Notes under the pieces: generated by a model
Seen by the model: only the letters and a program-made list of their open reading frames with translations
Database searches by the model: none
Told to the model about the DNA's origin: nothing
NCBI GenBank assembly: GCA_000004985.1
Contig: GG738972.1
Length of the DNA: 47,655 nucleotides
Reading direction: 5' to 3' (one strand)
From: Naegleria gruberi
Lineage: Eukaryota
Program-made: the position numbers and the translations under genes
Shown here: in pieces, positions 10,001-22,000 of the stretch
How positions within the stretch are numbered: position 1 is the first letter of the stretch
How the letters are laid out: every line of letters begins with the position of its first letter

Positions 10001-13000
10001 NNNNNNNNNNNNNNNNNNNNNNNNNNNNNNNNNNNNNNNNNNNNNNNNNNNNNNNNNNNNNNNNNNNNNNNNNNNNNNNNNNNNNNNNNNNNNNNNNNNN
10101 NNNNNNNNNNNNNNNNNNNNNNNNNNNNNNNNNNNNNNNNNNNNNNNNNNNNNNNNNNNNNNNNNNNNNNNNNNNNNNNNNNNNNNNNNNNNNNNNNNNN
10201 NNNNNNNNNNNNNNNNNNNNNNNNNNNNNNNNNNNNNNNNNNNNNNNNNNNNNNNNNNNNNNNNNNNNNNNNNNNNNNNNNNNNNNNNNNNNNNNNNNNN
10301 NNNNNNNNNNNNNNNNNNNNNNNNNNNNNNNNNNNNNNNNNNNNNNNNNNNNNNNNNNNNNNNNNNNNNNNNNNNNNNNNNNNNNNNNNNNNNNNNNNNN
10401 NNNNNNNNNNNNNNNNNNNNNNNNNNNNNNNNNNNNNNNNNNNNNNNNNNNNNNNNNNNNNNNNNNNNNNNNNNNNNNNNNNNNNNNNNNNNNNNNNNNN
10501 NNNNNNNNNNNNNNNNNNNNNNNNNNNNNNNNNNNNNNNNNNNNNNNNNNNNNNNNNNNNNNNNNNNNNNNNNNNNNNNNNNNNNNNNNNNNNNNNNNNN
10601 NNNNNNNNNNNNNNNNNNNNNNNNNNNNNNNNNNNNNNNNNNNNNNNNNNNNNNNNNNNNNNNNNNNNNNNNNNNNNNNNNNNNNNNNNNNNNNNNNNNN
10701 NNNNNNNNNNNNNNNNNNNNNNNNNNNNNNNNNNNNNNNNNNNNNNNNNNNNNNNNNNNNNNNNNNNNNNNNNNNNNNNNNNNNNNNNNNNNNNNNNNNN
10801 NNNNNNNNNNNNNNNNNNNNNNNNNNNNNNNNNNNNNNNNNNNNNNNNNNNNNNNNNNNNNNNNNNNNNNNNNNNNNNNNNNNNNNNNNNNNNNNNNNNN
10901 NNNNNNNNNNNNNNNNNNNNNNNNNNNNNNNNNNNNNNNNNNNNNNNNNNNNNNNNNNNNNNNNNNNNNNNNNNNNNNNNNNNNNNNNNNNNNNNNNNNN
11001 NNNNNNNNNNNNNNNNNNNNNNNNNNNNNNNNNNNNNNNNNNNNNNNNNNNNNNNNNNNNNNNNNNNNNNNNNNNNNNNNNNNNNNNNNNNNNNNNNNNN
11101 NNNNNNNNNNNNNNNNNNNNNNNNNNNNNNNNNNNNNNNNNNNNNNNNNNNNNNNNNNNNNNNNNNNNNNNNNNNNNNNNNNNNNNNNNNNNNNNNNNNN
11201 NNNNNNNNNNNNNNNNNNNNNNNNNNNNNNNNNNNNNNNNNNNNNNNNNNNNNNNNNNNNNNNNNNNNNNNNNNNNNNNNNNNNNNNNNNNNNNNNNNNN
11301 NNNNNNNNNNNNNNNNNNNNNNNNNNNNNNNNNNNNNNNNNNNNNNNNNNNNNNNNNNNNNNNNNNNNNNNNNNNNNNNNNNNNNNNNNNNNNNNNNNNN
11401 NNNNNNNNNNNNNNNNNNNNNNNNNNNNNNNNNNNNNNNNNNNNNNNNNNNNNNNNNNNNNNNNNNNNNNNNNNNNNNNNNNNNNNNNNNNNNNNNNNNN
11501 NNNNNNNNNNNNNNNNNNNNNNNNNNNNNNNNNNNNNNNNNNNNNNNNNNNNNNNNNNNNNNNNNNNNNNNNNNNNNNNNNNNNNNNNNNNNNNNNNNNN
11601 NNNNNNNNNNNNNNNNNNNNNNNNNNNNNNNNNNNNNNNNNNNNNNNNNNNNNNNNNNNNNNNNNNNNNNNNNNNNNNNNNNNNNNNNNNNNNNNNNNNN
11701 NNNNNNNNNNNNNNNNNNNNNNNNNNNNNNNNNNNNNNNNNNNNNNNNNNNNNNNNNNNNNNNNNNNNNNNNNNNNNNNNNNNNNNNNNNNNNNNNNNNN
11801 NNNNNNNNNNNNNNNNNNNNNNNNNNNNNNNNNNNNNNNNNNNNNNNNNNNNNNNNNNNNNNNNNNNNNNNNNNNNNNNNNNNNNNNNNNNNNNNNNNNN
11901 NNNNNNNNNNNNNNNNNNNNNNNNNNNNNNNNNNNNNNNNNNNNNNNNNNNNNNNNNNNNNNNNNNNNNNNNNNNNNNNNNNNNNNNNNNNNNNNNNNNN
12001 NNNNNNNNNNNNNNNNNNNNNNNNNNNNNNNNNNNNNNNNNNNNNNNNNNNNNNNNNNNNNNNNNNNNNNNNNNNNNNNNNNNNNNNNNNNNNNNNNNNN
12101 NNNNNNNNNNNNNNNNNNNNNNNNNNNNNNNNNNNNNNNNNNNNNNNNNNNNNNNNNNNNNNNNNNNNNNNNNNNNNNNNNNNNNNNNNNNNNNNNNNNN
12201 NNNNNNNNNNNNNNNNNNNNNNNNNNNNNNNNNNNNNNNNNNNNNNNNNNNNNNNNNNNNNNNNNNNNNNNNNNNNNNNNNNNNNNNNNNNNNNNNNNNN
12301 NNNNNNNNNNNNNNNNNNNNNNNNNNNNNNNNNNNNNNNNNNNNNNNNNNNNNNNNNNNNNNNNNNNNNNNNNNNNNNNNNNNNNNNNNNNNNNNNNNNN
12401 NNNNNNNNNNNNNNNNNNNNNNNNNNNNNNNNNNNNNNNNNNNNNNNNNNNNNNNNNNNNNNNNNNNNNNNNNNNNNNNNNNNNNNNNNNNNNNNNNNNN
12501 NNNNNNNNNNNNNNNNNNNNNNNNNNNNNNNNNNNNNNNNNNNNNNNNNNNNNNNNNNNNNNNNNNNNNNNNNNNNNNNNNNNNNNNNNNNNNNNNNNNN
12601 NNNNNNNNNNNNNNNNNNNNNNNNNNNNNNNNNNNNNNNNNNNNNNNNNNNNNNNNNNNNNNNNNNNNNNNNNNNNNNNNNNNNNNNNNNNNNNNNNNNN
12701 NNNNNNNNNNNNNNNNNNNNNNNNNNNNNNNNNNNNNNNNNNNNNNNNNNNNNNNNNNNNNNNNNNNNNNNNNNNNNNNNNNNNNNNNNNNNNNNNNNNN
12801 NNNNNNNNNNNNNNNNNNNNNNNNNNNNNNNNNNNNNNNNNNNNNNNNNNNNNNNNNNNNNNNNNNNNNNNNNNNNNNNNNNNNNNNNNNNNNNNNNNNN
12901 NNNNNNNNNNNNNNNNNNNNNNNNNNNNNNNNNNNNNNNNNNNNNNNNNNNNNNNNNNNNNNNNNNNNNNNNNNNNNNNNNNNNNNNNNNNNNNNNNNNN

Positions 13001-16000
13001 NNNNNNNNNNNNNNNNNNNNNNNNNNNNNNNNNNNNNNNNNNNNNNNNNNNNNNNNNNNNNNNNNNNNNNNNNNNNNNNNNNNNNNNNNNNNNNNNNNNN
13101 NNNNNNNNNNNNNNNNNNNNNNNNNNNNNNNNNNNNNNNNNNNNNNNNNNNNNNNNNNNNNNNNNNNNNNNNNNNNNNNNNNNNNNNNNNNNNNNNNNNN
13201 NNNNNNNNNNNNNNNNNNNNNNNNNNNNNNNNNNNNNNNNNNNNNNNNNNNNNNNNNNNNNNNNNNNNNNNNNNNNNNNNNNNNNNNNNNNNNNNNNNNN
13301 NNNNNNNNNNNNNNNNNNNNNNNNNNNNNNNNNNNNNNNNNNNNNNNNNNNNNNNNNNNNNNNNNNNNNNNNNNNNNNNNNNNNNNNNNNNNNNNNNNNN
13401 NNNNNNNNNNNNNNNNNNNNNNNNNNNNNNNNNNNNNNNNNNNNNNNNNNNNNNNNNNNNNNNNNNNNNNNNNNNNNNNNNNNNNNNNNNNNNNNNNNNN
13501 NNNNNNNNNNNNNNNNNNNNNNNNNNNNNNNNNNNNNNNNNNNNNNNNNNNNNNNNNNNNNNNNNNNNNNNNNNNNNNNNNNNNNNNNNNNNNNNNNNNN
13601 NNNNNNNNNNNNNNNNNNNNNNNNNNNNNNNNNNNNNNNNNNNNNNNNNNNNNNNNNNNNNNNNNNNNNNNNNNNNNNNNNNNNNNNNNNNNNNNNNNNN
13701 NNNNNNNNNNNNNNNNNNNNNNNNNNNNNNNNNNNNNNNNNNNNNNNNNNNNNNNNNNNNNNNNNNNNNNNNNNNNNNNNNNNNNNNNNNNNNNNNNNNN
13801 NNNNNNNNNNNNNNNNNNNNNNNNNNNNNNNNNNNNNNNNNNNNNNNNNNNNNNNNNNNNNNNNNNNNNNNNNNNNNNNNNNNNNNNNNNNNNNNNNNNN
13901 NNNNNNNNNNNNNNNNNNNNNNNNNNNNNNNNNNNNNNNNNNNNNNNNNNNNNNNNNNNNNNNNNNNNNNNNNNNNNNNNNNNNNNNNNNNNNNNNNNNN
14001 NNNNNNNNNNNNNNNNNNNNNNNNNNNNNNNNNNNNNNNNNNNNNNNNNNNNNNNNNNNNNNNNNNNNNNNNNNNNNNNNNNNNNNNNNNNNNNNNNNNN
14101 NNNNNNNNNNNNNNNNNNNNNNNNNNNNNNNNNNNNNNNNNNNNNNNNNNNNNNNNNNNNNNNNNNNNNNNNNNNNNNNNNNNNNNNNNNNNNNNNNNNN
14201 NNNNNNNNNNNNNNNNNNNNNNNNNNNNNNNNNNNNNNNNNNNNNNNNNNNNNNNNNNNNNNNNNNNNNNNNNNNNNNNNNNNNNNNNNNNNNNNNNNNN
14301 NNNNNNNNNNNNNNNNNNNNNNNNNNNNNNNNNNNNNNNNNNNNNNNNNNNNNNNNNNNNNNNNNNNNNNNNNNNNNNNNNNNNNNNNNNNNNNNNNNNN
14401 NNNNNNNNNNNNNNNNNNNNNNNNNNNNNNNNNNNNNNNNNNNNNNNNNNNNNNNNNNNNNNNNNNNNNNNNNNNNNNNNNNNNNNNNNNNNNNNNNNNN
14501 NNNNNNNNNNNNNNNNNNNNNNNNNNNNNNNNNNNNNNNNNNNNNNNNNNNNNNNNNNNNNNNNNNNNNNNNNNNNNNNNNNNNNNNNNNNNNNNNNNNN
14601 NNNNNNNNNNNNNNNNNNNNNNNNNNNNNNNNNNNNNNNNNNNNNNNNNNNNNNNNNNNNNNNNNNNNNNNNNNNNNNNNNNNNNNNNNNNNNNNNNNNN
14701 NNNNNNNNNNNNNNNNNNNNNNNNNNNNNNNNNNNNNNNNNNNNNNNNNNNNNNNNNNNNNNNNNNNNNNNNNNNNNNNNNNNNNNNNNNNNNNNNNNNN
14801 NNNNNNNNNNNNNNNNNNNNNNNNNNNNNNNNNNNNNNNNNNNNNNNNNNNNNNNNNNNNNNNNNNNNNNNNNNNNNNNNNNNNNNNNNNNNNNNNNNNN
14901 NNNNNNNNNNNNNNNNNNNNNNNNNNNNNNNNNNNNNNNNNNNNNNNNNNNNNNNNNNNNNNNNNNNNNNNNNNNNNNNNNNNNNNNNNNNNNNNNNNNN
15001 NNNNNNNNNNNNNNNNNNNNNNNNNNNNNNNNNNNNNNNNNNNNNNNNNNNNNNNNNNNNNNNNNNNNNNNNNNNNNNNNNNNNNNNNNNNNNNNNNNNN
15101 NNNNNNNNNNNNNNNNNNNNNNNNNNNNNNNNNNNNNNNNNNNNNNNNNNNNNNNNNNNNNNNNNNNNNNNNNNNNNNNNNNNNNNNNNNNNNNNNNNNN
15201 NNNNNNNNNNNNNNNNNNNNNNNNNNNNNNNNNNNNNNNNNNNNNNNNNNNNNNNNNNNNNNNNNNNNNNNNNNNNNNNNNNNNNNNNNNNNNNNNNNNN
15301 NNNNNNNNNNNNNNNNNNNNNNNNNNNNNNNNNNNNNNNNNNNNNNNNNNNNNNNNNNNNNNNNNNNNNNNNNNNNNNNNNNNNNNNNNNNNNNNNNNNN
15401 NNNNNNNNNNNNNNNNNNNNNNNNNNNNNNNNNNNNNNNNNNNNNNNNNNNNNNNNNNNNNNNNNNNNNNNNNNNNNNNNNNNNNNNNNNNNNNNNNNNN
15501 NNNNNNNNNNNNNNNNNNNNNNNNNNNNNNNNNNNNNNNNNNNNNNNNNNNNNNNNNNNNNNNNNNNNNNNNNNNNNNNNNNNNNNNNNNNNNNNNNNNN
15601 NNNNNNNNNNNNNNNNNNNNNNNNNNNNNNNNNNNNNNNNNNNNNNNNNNNNNNNNNNNNNNNNNNNNNNNNNNNNNNNNNNNNNNNNNNNNNNNNNNNN
15701 NNNNNNNNNNNNNNNNNNNNNNNNNNNNNNNNNNNNNNNNNNNNNNNNNNNNNNNNNNNNNNNNNNNNNNNNNNNNNNNNNNNNNNNNNNNNNNNNNNNN
15801 NNNNNNNNNNNNNNNNNNNNNNNNNNNNNNNNNNNNNNNNNNNNNNNNNNNNNNNNNNNNNNNNNNNNNNNNNNNNNNNNNNNNNNNNNNNNNNNNNNNN
15901 NNNNNNNNNNNNNNNNNNNNNNNNNNNNNNNNNNNNNNNNNNNNNNNNNNNNNNNNNNNNNNNNNNNNNNNNNNNNNNNNNNNNNNNNNNNNNNNNNNNN

Positions 16001-19000
16001 NNNNNNNNNNNNNNNNNNNNNNNNNNNNNNNNNNNNNNNNNNNNNNNNNNNNNNNNNNNNNNNNNNNNNNNNNNNNNNNNNNNNNNNNNNNNNNNNNNNN
16101 NNNNNNNNNNNNNNNNNNNNNNNNNNNNNNNNNNNNNNNNNNNNNNNNNNNNNNNNNNNNNNNNNNNNNNNNNNNNNNNNNNNNNNNNNNNNNNNNNNNN
16201 NNNNNNNNNNNNNNNNNNNNNNNNNNNNNNNNNNNNNNNNNNNNNNNNNNNNNNNNNNNNNNNNNNNNNNNNNNNNNNNNNNNNNNNNNNNNNNNNNNNN
16301 NNNNNNNNNNNNNNNNNNNNNNNNNNNNNNNNNNNNNNNNNNNNNNNNNNNNNNNNNNNNNNNNNNNNNNNNNNNNNNNNNNNNNNNNNNNNNNNNNNNN
16401 NNNNNNNNNNNNNNNNNNNNNNNNNNNNNNNNNNNNNNNNNNNNNNNNNNNNNNNNNNNNNNNNNNNNNNNNNNNNNNNNNNNNNNNNNNNNNNNNNNNN
16501 NNNNNNNNNNNNNNNNNNNNNNNNNNNNNNNNNNNNNNNNNNNNNNNNNNNNNNNNNNNNNNNNNNNNNNNNNNNNNNNNNNNNNNNNNNNNNNNNNNNN
16601 NNNNNNNNNNNNNNNNNNNNNNNNNNNNNNNNNNNNNNNNNNNNNNNNNNNNNNNNNNNNNNNNNNNNNNNNNNNNNNNNNNNNNNNNNNNNNNNNNNNN
16701 NNNNNNNNNNNNNNNNNNNNNNNNNNNNNNNNNNNNNNNNNNNNNNNNNNNNNNNNNNNNNNNNNNNNNNNNNNNNNNNNNNNNNNNNNNNNNNNNNNNN
16801 NNNNNNNNNNNNNNNNNNNNNNNNNNNNNNNNNNNNNNNNNNNNNNNNNNNNNNNNNNNNNNNNNNNNNNNNNNNNNNNNNNNNNNNNNNNNNNNNNNNN
16901 NNNNNNNNNNNNNNNNNNNNNNNNNNNNNNNNNNNNNNNNNNNNNNNNNNNNNNNNNNNNNNNNNNNNNNNNNNNNNNNNNNNNNNNNNNNNNNNNNNNN
17001 NNNNNNNNNNNNNNNNNNNNNNNNNNNNNNNNNNNNNNNNNNNNNNNNNNNNNNNNNNNNNNNNNNNNNNNNNNNNNNNNNNNNNNNNNNNNNNNNNNNN
17101 NNNNNNNNNNNNNNNNNNNNNNNNNNNNNNNNNNNNNNNNNNNNNNNNNNNNNNNNNNNNNNNNNNNNNNNNNNNNNNNNNNNNNNNNNNNNNNNNNNNN
17201 NNNNNNNNNNNNNNNNNNNNNNNNNNNNNNNNNNNNNNNNNNNNNNNNNNNNNNNNNNNNNNNNNNNNNNNNNNNNNNNNNNNNNNNNNNNNNNNNNNNN
17301 NNNNNNNNNNNNNNNNNNNNNNNNNNNNNNNNNNNNNNNNNNNNNNNNNNNNNNNNNNNNNNNNNNNNNNNNNNNNNNNNNNNNNNNNNNNNNNNNNNNN
17401 NNNNNNNNNNNNNNNNNNNNNNNNNNNNNNNNNNNNNNNNNNNNNNNNNNNNNNNNNNNNNNNNNNNNNNNNNNNNNNNNNNNNNNNNNNNNNNNNNNNN
17501 NNNNNNNNNNNNNNNNNNNNNNNNNNNNNNNNNNNNNNNNNNNNNNNNNNNNNNNNNNNNNNNNNNNNNNNNNNNNNNNNNNNNNNNNNNNNNNNNNNNN
17601 NNNNNNNNNNNNNNNNNNNNNNNNNNNNNNNNNNNNNNNNNNNNNNNNNNNNNNNNNNNNNNNNNNNNNNNNNNNNNNNNNNNNNNNNNNNNNNNNNNNN
17701 NNNNNNNNNNNNNNNNNNNNNNNNNNNNNNNNNNNNNNNNNNNNNNNNNNNNNNNNNNNNNNNNNNNNNNNNNNNNNNNNNNNNNNNNNNNNNNNNNNNN
17801 NNNNNNNNNNNNNNNNNNNNNNNNNNNNNNNNNNNNNNNNNNNNNNNNNNNNNNNNNNNNNNNNNNNNNNNNNNNNNNNNNNNNNNNNNNNNNNNNNNNN
17901 NNNNNNNNNNNNNNNNNNNNNNNNNNNNNNNNNNNNNNNNNNNNNNNNNNNNNNNNNNNNNNNNNNNNNNNNNNNNNNNNNNNNNNNNNNNNNNNNNNNN
18001 NNNNNNNNNNNNNNNNNNNNNNNNNNNNNNNNNNNNNNNNNNNNNNNNNNNNNNNNNNNNNNNNNNNNNNNNNNNNNNNNNNNNNNNNNNNNNNNNNNNN
18101 NNNNNNNNNNNNNNNNNNNNNNNNNNNNNNNNNNNNNNNNNNNNNNNNNNNNNNNNNNNNNNNNNNNNNNNNNNNNNNNNNNNNNNNNNNNNNNNNNNNN
18201 NNNNNNNNNNNNNNNNNNNNNNNNNNNNNNNNNNNNNNNNNNNNNNNNNNNNNNNNNNNNNNNNNNNNNNNNNNNNNNNNNNNNNNNNNNNNNNNNNNNN
18301 NNNNNNNNNNNNNNNNNNNNNNNNNNNNNNNNNNNNNNNNNNNNNNNNNNNNNNNNNNNNNNNNNNNNNNNNNNNNNNNNNNNNNNNNNNNNNNNNNNNN
18401 NNNNNNNNNNNNNNNNNNNNNNNNNNNNNNNNNNNNNNNNNNNNNNNNNNNNNNNNNNNNNNNNNNNNNNNNNNNNNNNNNNNNNNNNNNNNNNNNNNNN
18501 NNNNNNNNNNNNNNNNNNNNNNNNNNNNNNNNNNNNNNNNNNNNNNNNNNNNNNNNNNNNNNNNNNNNNNNNNNNNNNNNNNNNNNNNNNNNNNNNNNNN
18601 NNNNNNNNNNNNNNNNNNNNNNNNNNNNNNNNNNNNNNNNNNNNNNNNNNNNNNNNNNNNNNNNNNNNNNNNNNNNNNNNNNNNNNNNNNNNNNNNNNNN
18701 NNNNNNNNNNNNNNNNNNNNNNNNNNNNNNNNNNNNNNNNNNNNNNNNNNNNNNNNNNNNNNNNNNNNNNNNNNNNNNNNNNNNNNNNNNNNNNNNNNNN
18801 NNNNNNNNNNNNNNNNNNNNNNNNNNNNNNNNNNNNNNNNNNNNNNNNNNNNNNNNNNNNNNNNNNNNNNNNNNNNNNNNNNNNNNNNNNNNNNNNNNNN
18901 NNNNNNNNNNNNNNNNNNNNNNNNNNNNNNNNNNNNNNNNNNNNNNNNNNNNNNNNNNNNNNNNNNNNNNNNNNNNNNNNNNNNNNNNNNNNNNNNNNNN

Positions 19001-22000
19001 NNNNNNNNNNNNNNNNNNNNNNNNNNNNNNNNNNNNNNNNNNNNNNNNNNNNNNNNNNNNNNNNNNNNNNNNNNNNNNNNNNNNNNNNNNNNNNNNNNNN
19101 NNNNNNNNNNNNNNNNNNNNNNNNNNNNNNNNNNNNNNNNNNNNNNNNNNNNNNNNNNNNNNNNNNNNNNNNNNNNNNNNNNNNNNNNNNNNNNNNNNNN
19201 NNNNNNNNNNNNNNNNNNNNNNNNNNNNNNNNNNNNNNNNNNNNNNNNNNNNNNNNNNNNNNNNNNNNNNNNNNNNNNNNNNNNNNNNNNNNNNNNNNNN
19301 NNNNNNNNNNNNNNNNNNNNNNNNNNNNNNNNNNNNNNNNNNNNNNNNNNNNNNNNNNNNNNNNNNNNNNNNNNNNNNNNNNNNNNNNNNNNNNNNNNNN
19401 NNNNNNNNNNNNNNNNNNNNNNNNNNNNNNNNNNNNNNNNNNNNNNNNNNNNNNNNNNNNNNNNNNNNNNNNNNNNNNNNNNNNNNNNNNNNNNNNNNNN
19501 NNNNNNNNNNNNNNNNNNNNNNNNNNNNNNNNNNNNNNNNNNNNNNNNNNNNNNNNNNNNNNNNNNNNNNNNNNNNNNNNNNNNNNNNNNNNNNNNNNNN
19601 NNNNNNNNNNNNNNNNNNNNNNNNNNNNNNNNNNNNNNNNNNNNNNNNNNNNNNNNNNNNNNNNNNNNNNNNNNNNNNNNNNNNNNNNNNNNNNNNNNNN
19701 NNNNNNNNNNNNNNNNNNNNNNNNNNNNNNNNNNNNNNNNNNNNNNNNNNNNNNNNNNNNNNNNNNNNNNNNNNNNNNNNNNNNNNNNNNNNNNNNNNNN
19801 NNNNNNNNNNNNNNNNNNNNNNNNNNNNNNNNNNNNNNNNNNNNNNNNNNNNNNNNNNNNNNNNNNNNNNNNNNNNNNNNNNNNNNNNNNNNNNNNNNNN
19901 NNNNNNNNNNNNNNNNNNNNNNNNNNNNNNNNNNNNNNNNNNNNNNNNNNNNNNNNNNNNNNNNNNNNNNNNNNNNNNNNNNNNNNNNNNNNNNNNNNNN
20001 NNNNNNNNNNNNNNNNNNNNNNNNNNNNNNNNNNNNNNNNNNNNNNNNNNNNNNNNNNNNNNNNNNNNNNNNNNNNNNNNNNNNNNNNNNNNNNNNNNNN
20101 NNNNNNNNNNNNNNNNNNNNNNNNNNNNNNNNNNNNNNNNNNNNNNNNNNNNNNNNNNNNNNNNNNNNNNNNNNNNNNNNNNNNNNNNNNNNNNNNNNNN
20201 NNNNNNNNNNNNNNNNNNNNNNNNNNNNNNNNNNNNNNNNNNNNNNNNNNNNNNNNNNNNNNNNNNNNNNNNNNNNNNNNNNNNNNNNNNNNNNNNNNNN
20301 NNNNNNNNNNNNNNNNNNNNNNNNNNNNNNNNNNNNNNNNNNNNNNNNNNNNNNNNNNNNNNNNNNNNNNNNNNNNNNNNNNNNNNNNNNNNNNNNNNNN
20401 NNNNNNNNNNNNNNNNNNNNNNNNNNNNNNNNNNNNNNNNNNNNNNNNNNNNNNNNNNNNNNNNNNNNNNNNNNNNNNNNNNNNNNNNNNNNNNNNNNNN
20501 NNNNNNNNNNNNNNNNNNNNNNNNNNNNNNNNNNNNNNNNNNNNNNNNNNNNNNNNNNNNNNNNNNNNNNNNNNNNNNNNNNNNNNNNNNNNNNNNNNNN
20601 NNNNNNNNNNNNNNNNNNNNNNNNNNNNNNNNNNNNNNNNNNNNNNNNNNNNNNNNNNNNNNNNNNNNNNNNNNNNNNNNNNNNNNNNNNNNNNNNNNNN
20701 NNNNNNNNNNNNNNNNNNNNNNNNNNNNNNNNNNNNNNNNNNNNNNNNNNNNNNNNNNNNNNNNNNNNNNNNNNNNNNNNNNNNNNNNNNNNNNNNNNNN
20801 NNNNNNNNNNNNNNNNNNNNNNNNNNNNNNNNNNNNNNNNNNNNNNNNNNNNNNNNNNNNNNNNNNNNNNNNNNNNNNNNNNNNNNNNNNNNNNNNNNNN
20901 NNNNNNNNNNNNNNNNNNNNNNNNNNNNNNNNNNNNNNNNNNNNNNNNNNNNNNNNNNNNNNNNNNNNNNNNNNNNNNNNNNNNNNNNNNNNNNNNNNNN
21001 NNNNNNNNNNNNNNNNNNNNNNNNNNNNNNNNNNNNNNNNNNNNNNNNNNNNNNNNNNNNNNNNNNNNNNNNNNNNNNNNNNNNNNNNNNNNNNNNNNNN
21101 NNNNNNNNNNNNNNNNNNNNNNNNNNNNNNNNNNNNNNNNNNNNNNNNNNNNNNNNNNNNNNNNNNNNNNNNNNNNNNNNNNNNNNNNNNNNNNNNNNNN
21201 NNNNNNNNNNNNNNNNNNNNNNNNNNNNNNNNNNNNNNNNNNNNNNNNNNNNNNNNNNNNNNNNNNNNNNNNNNNNNNNNNNNNNNNNNNNNNNNNNNNN
21301 NNNNNNNNNNNNNNNNNNNNNNNNNNNNNNNNNNNNNNNNNNNNNNNNNNNNNNNNNNNNNNNNNNNNNNNNNNNNNNNNNNNNNNNNNNNNNNNNNNNN
21401 NNNNNNNNNNNNNNNNNNNNNNNNNNNNNNNNNNNNNNNNNNNNNNNNNNNNNNNNNNNNNNNNNNNNNNNNNNNNNNNNNNNNNNNNNNNNNNNNNNNN
21501 NNNNNNNNNNNNNNNNNNNNNNNNNNNNNNNNNNNNNNNNNNNNNNNNNNNNNNNNNNNNNNNNNNNNNNNNNNNNNNNNNNNNNNNNNNNNNNNNNNNN
21601 NNNNNNNNNNNNNNNNNNNNNNNNNNNNNNNNNNNNNNNNNNNNNNNNNNNNNNNNNNNNNNNNNNNNNNNNNNNNNNNNNNNNNNNNNNNNNNNNNNNN
21701 NNNNNNNNNNNNNNNNNNNNNNNNNNNNNNNNNNNNNNNNNNNNNNNNNNNNNNNNNNNNNNNNNNNNNNNNNNNNNNNNNNNNNNNNNNNNNNNNNNNN
21801 NNNNNNNNNNNNNNNNNNNNNNNNNNNNNNNNNNNNNNNNNNNNNNNNNNNNNNNNNNNNNNNNNNNNNNNNNNNNNNNNNNNNNNNNNNNNNNNNNNNN
21901 NNNNNNNNNNNNNNNNNNNNNNNNNNNNNNNNNNNNNNNNNNNNNNNNNNNNNNNNNNNNNNNNNNNNNNNNNNNNNNNNNNNNNNNNNNNNNNNNNNNN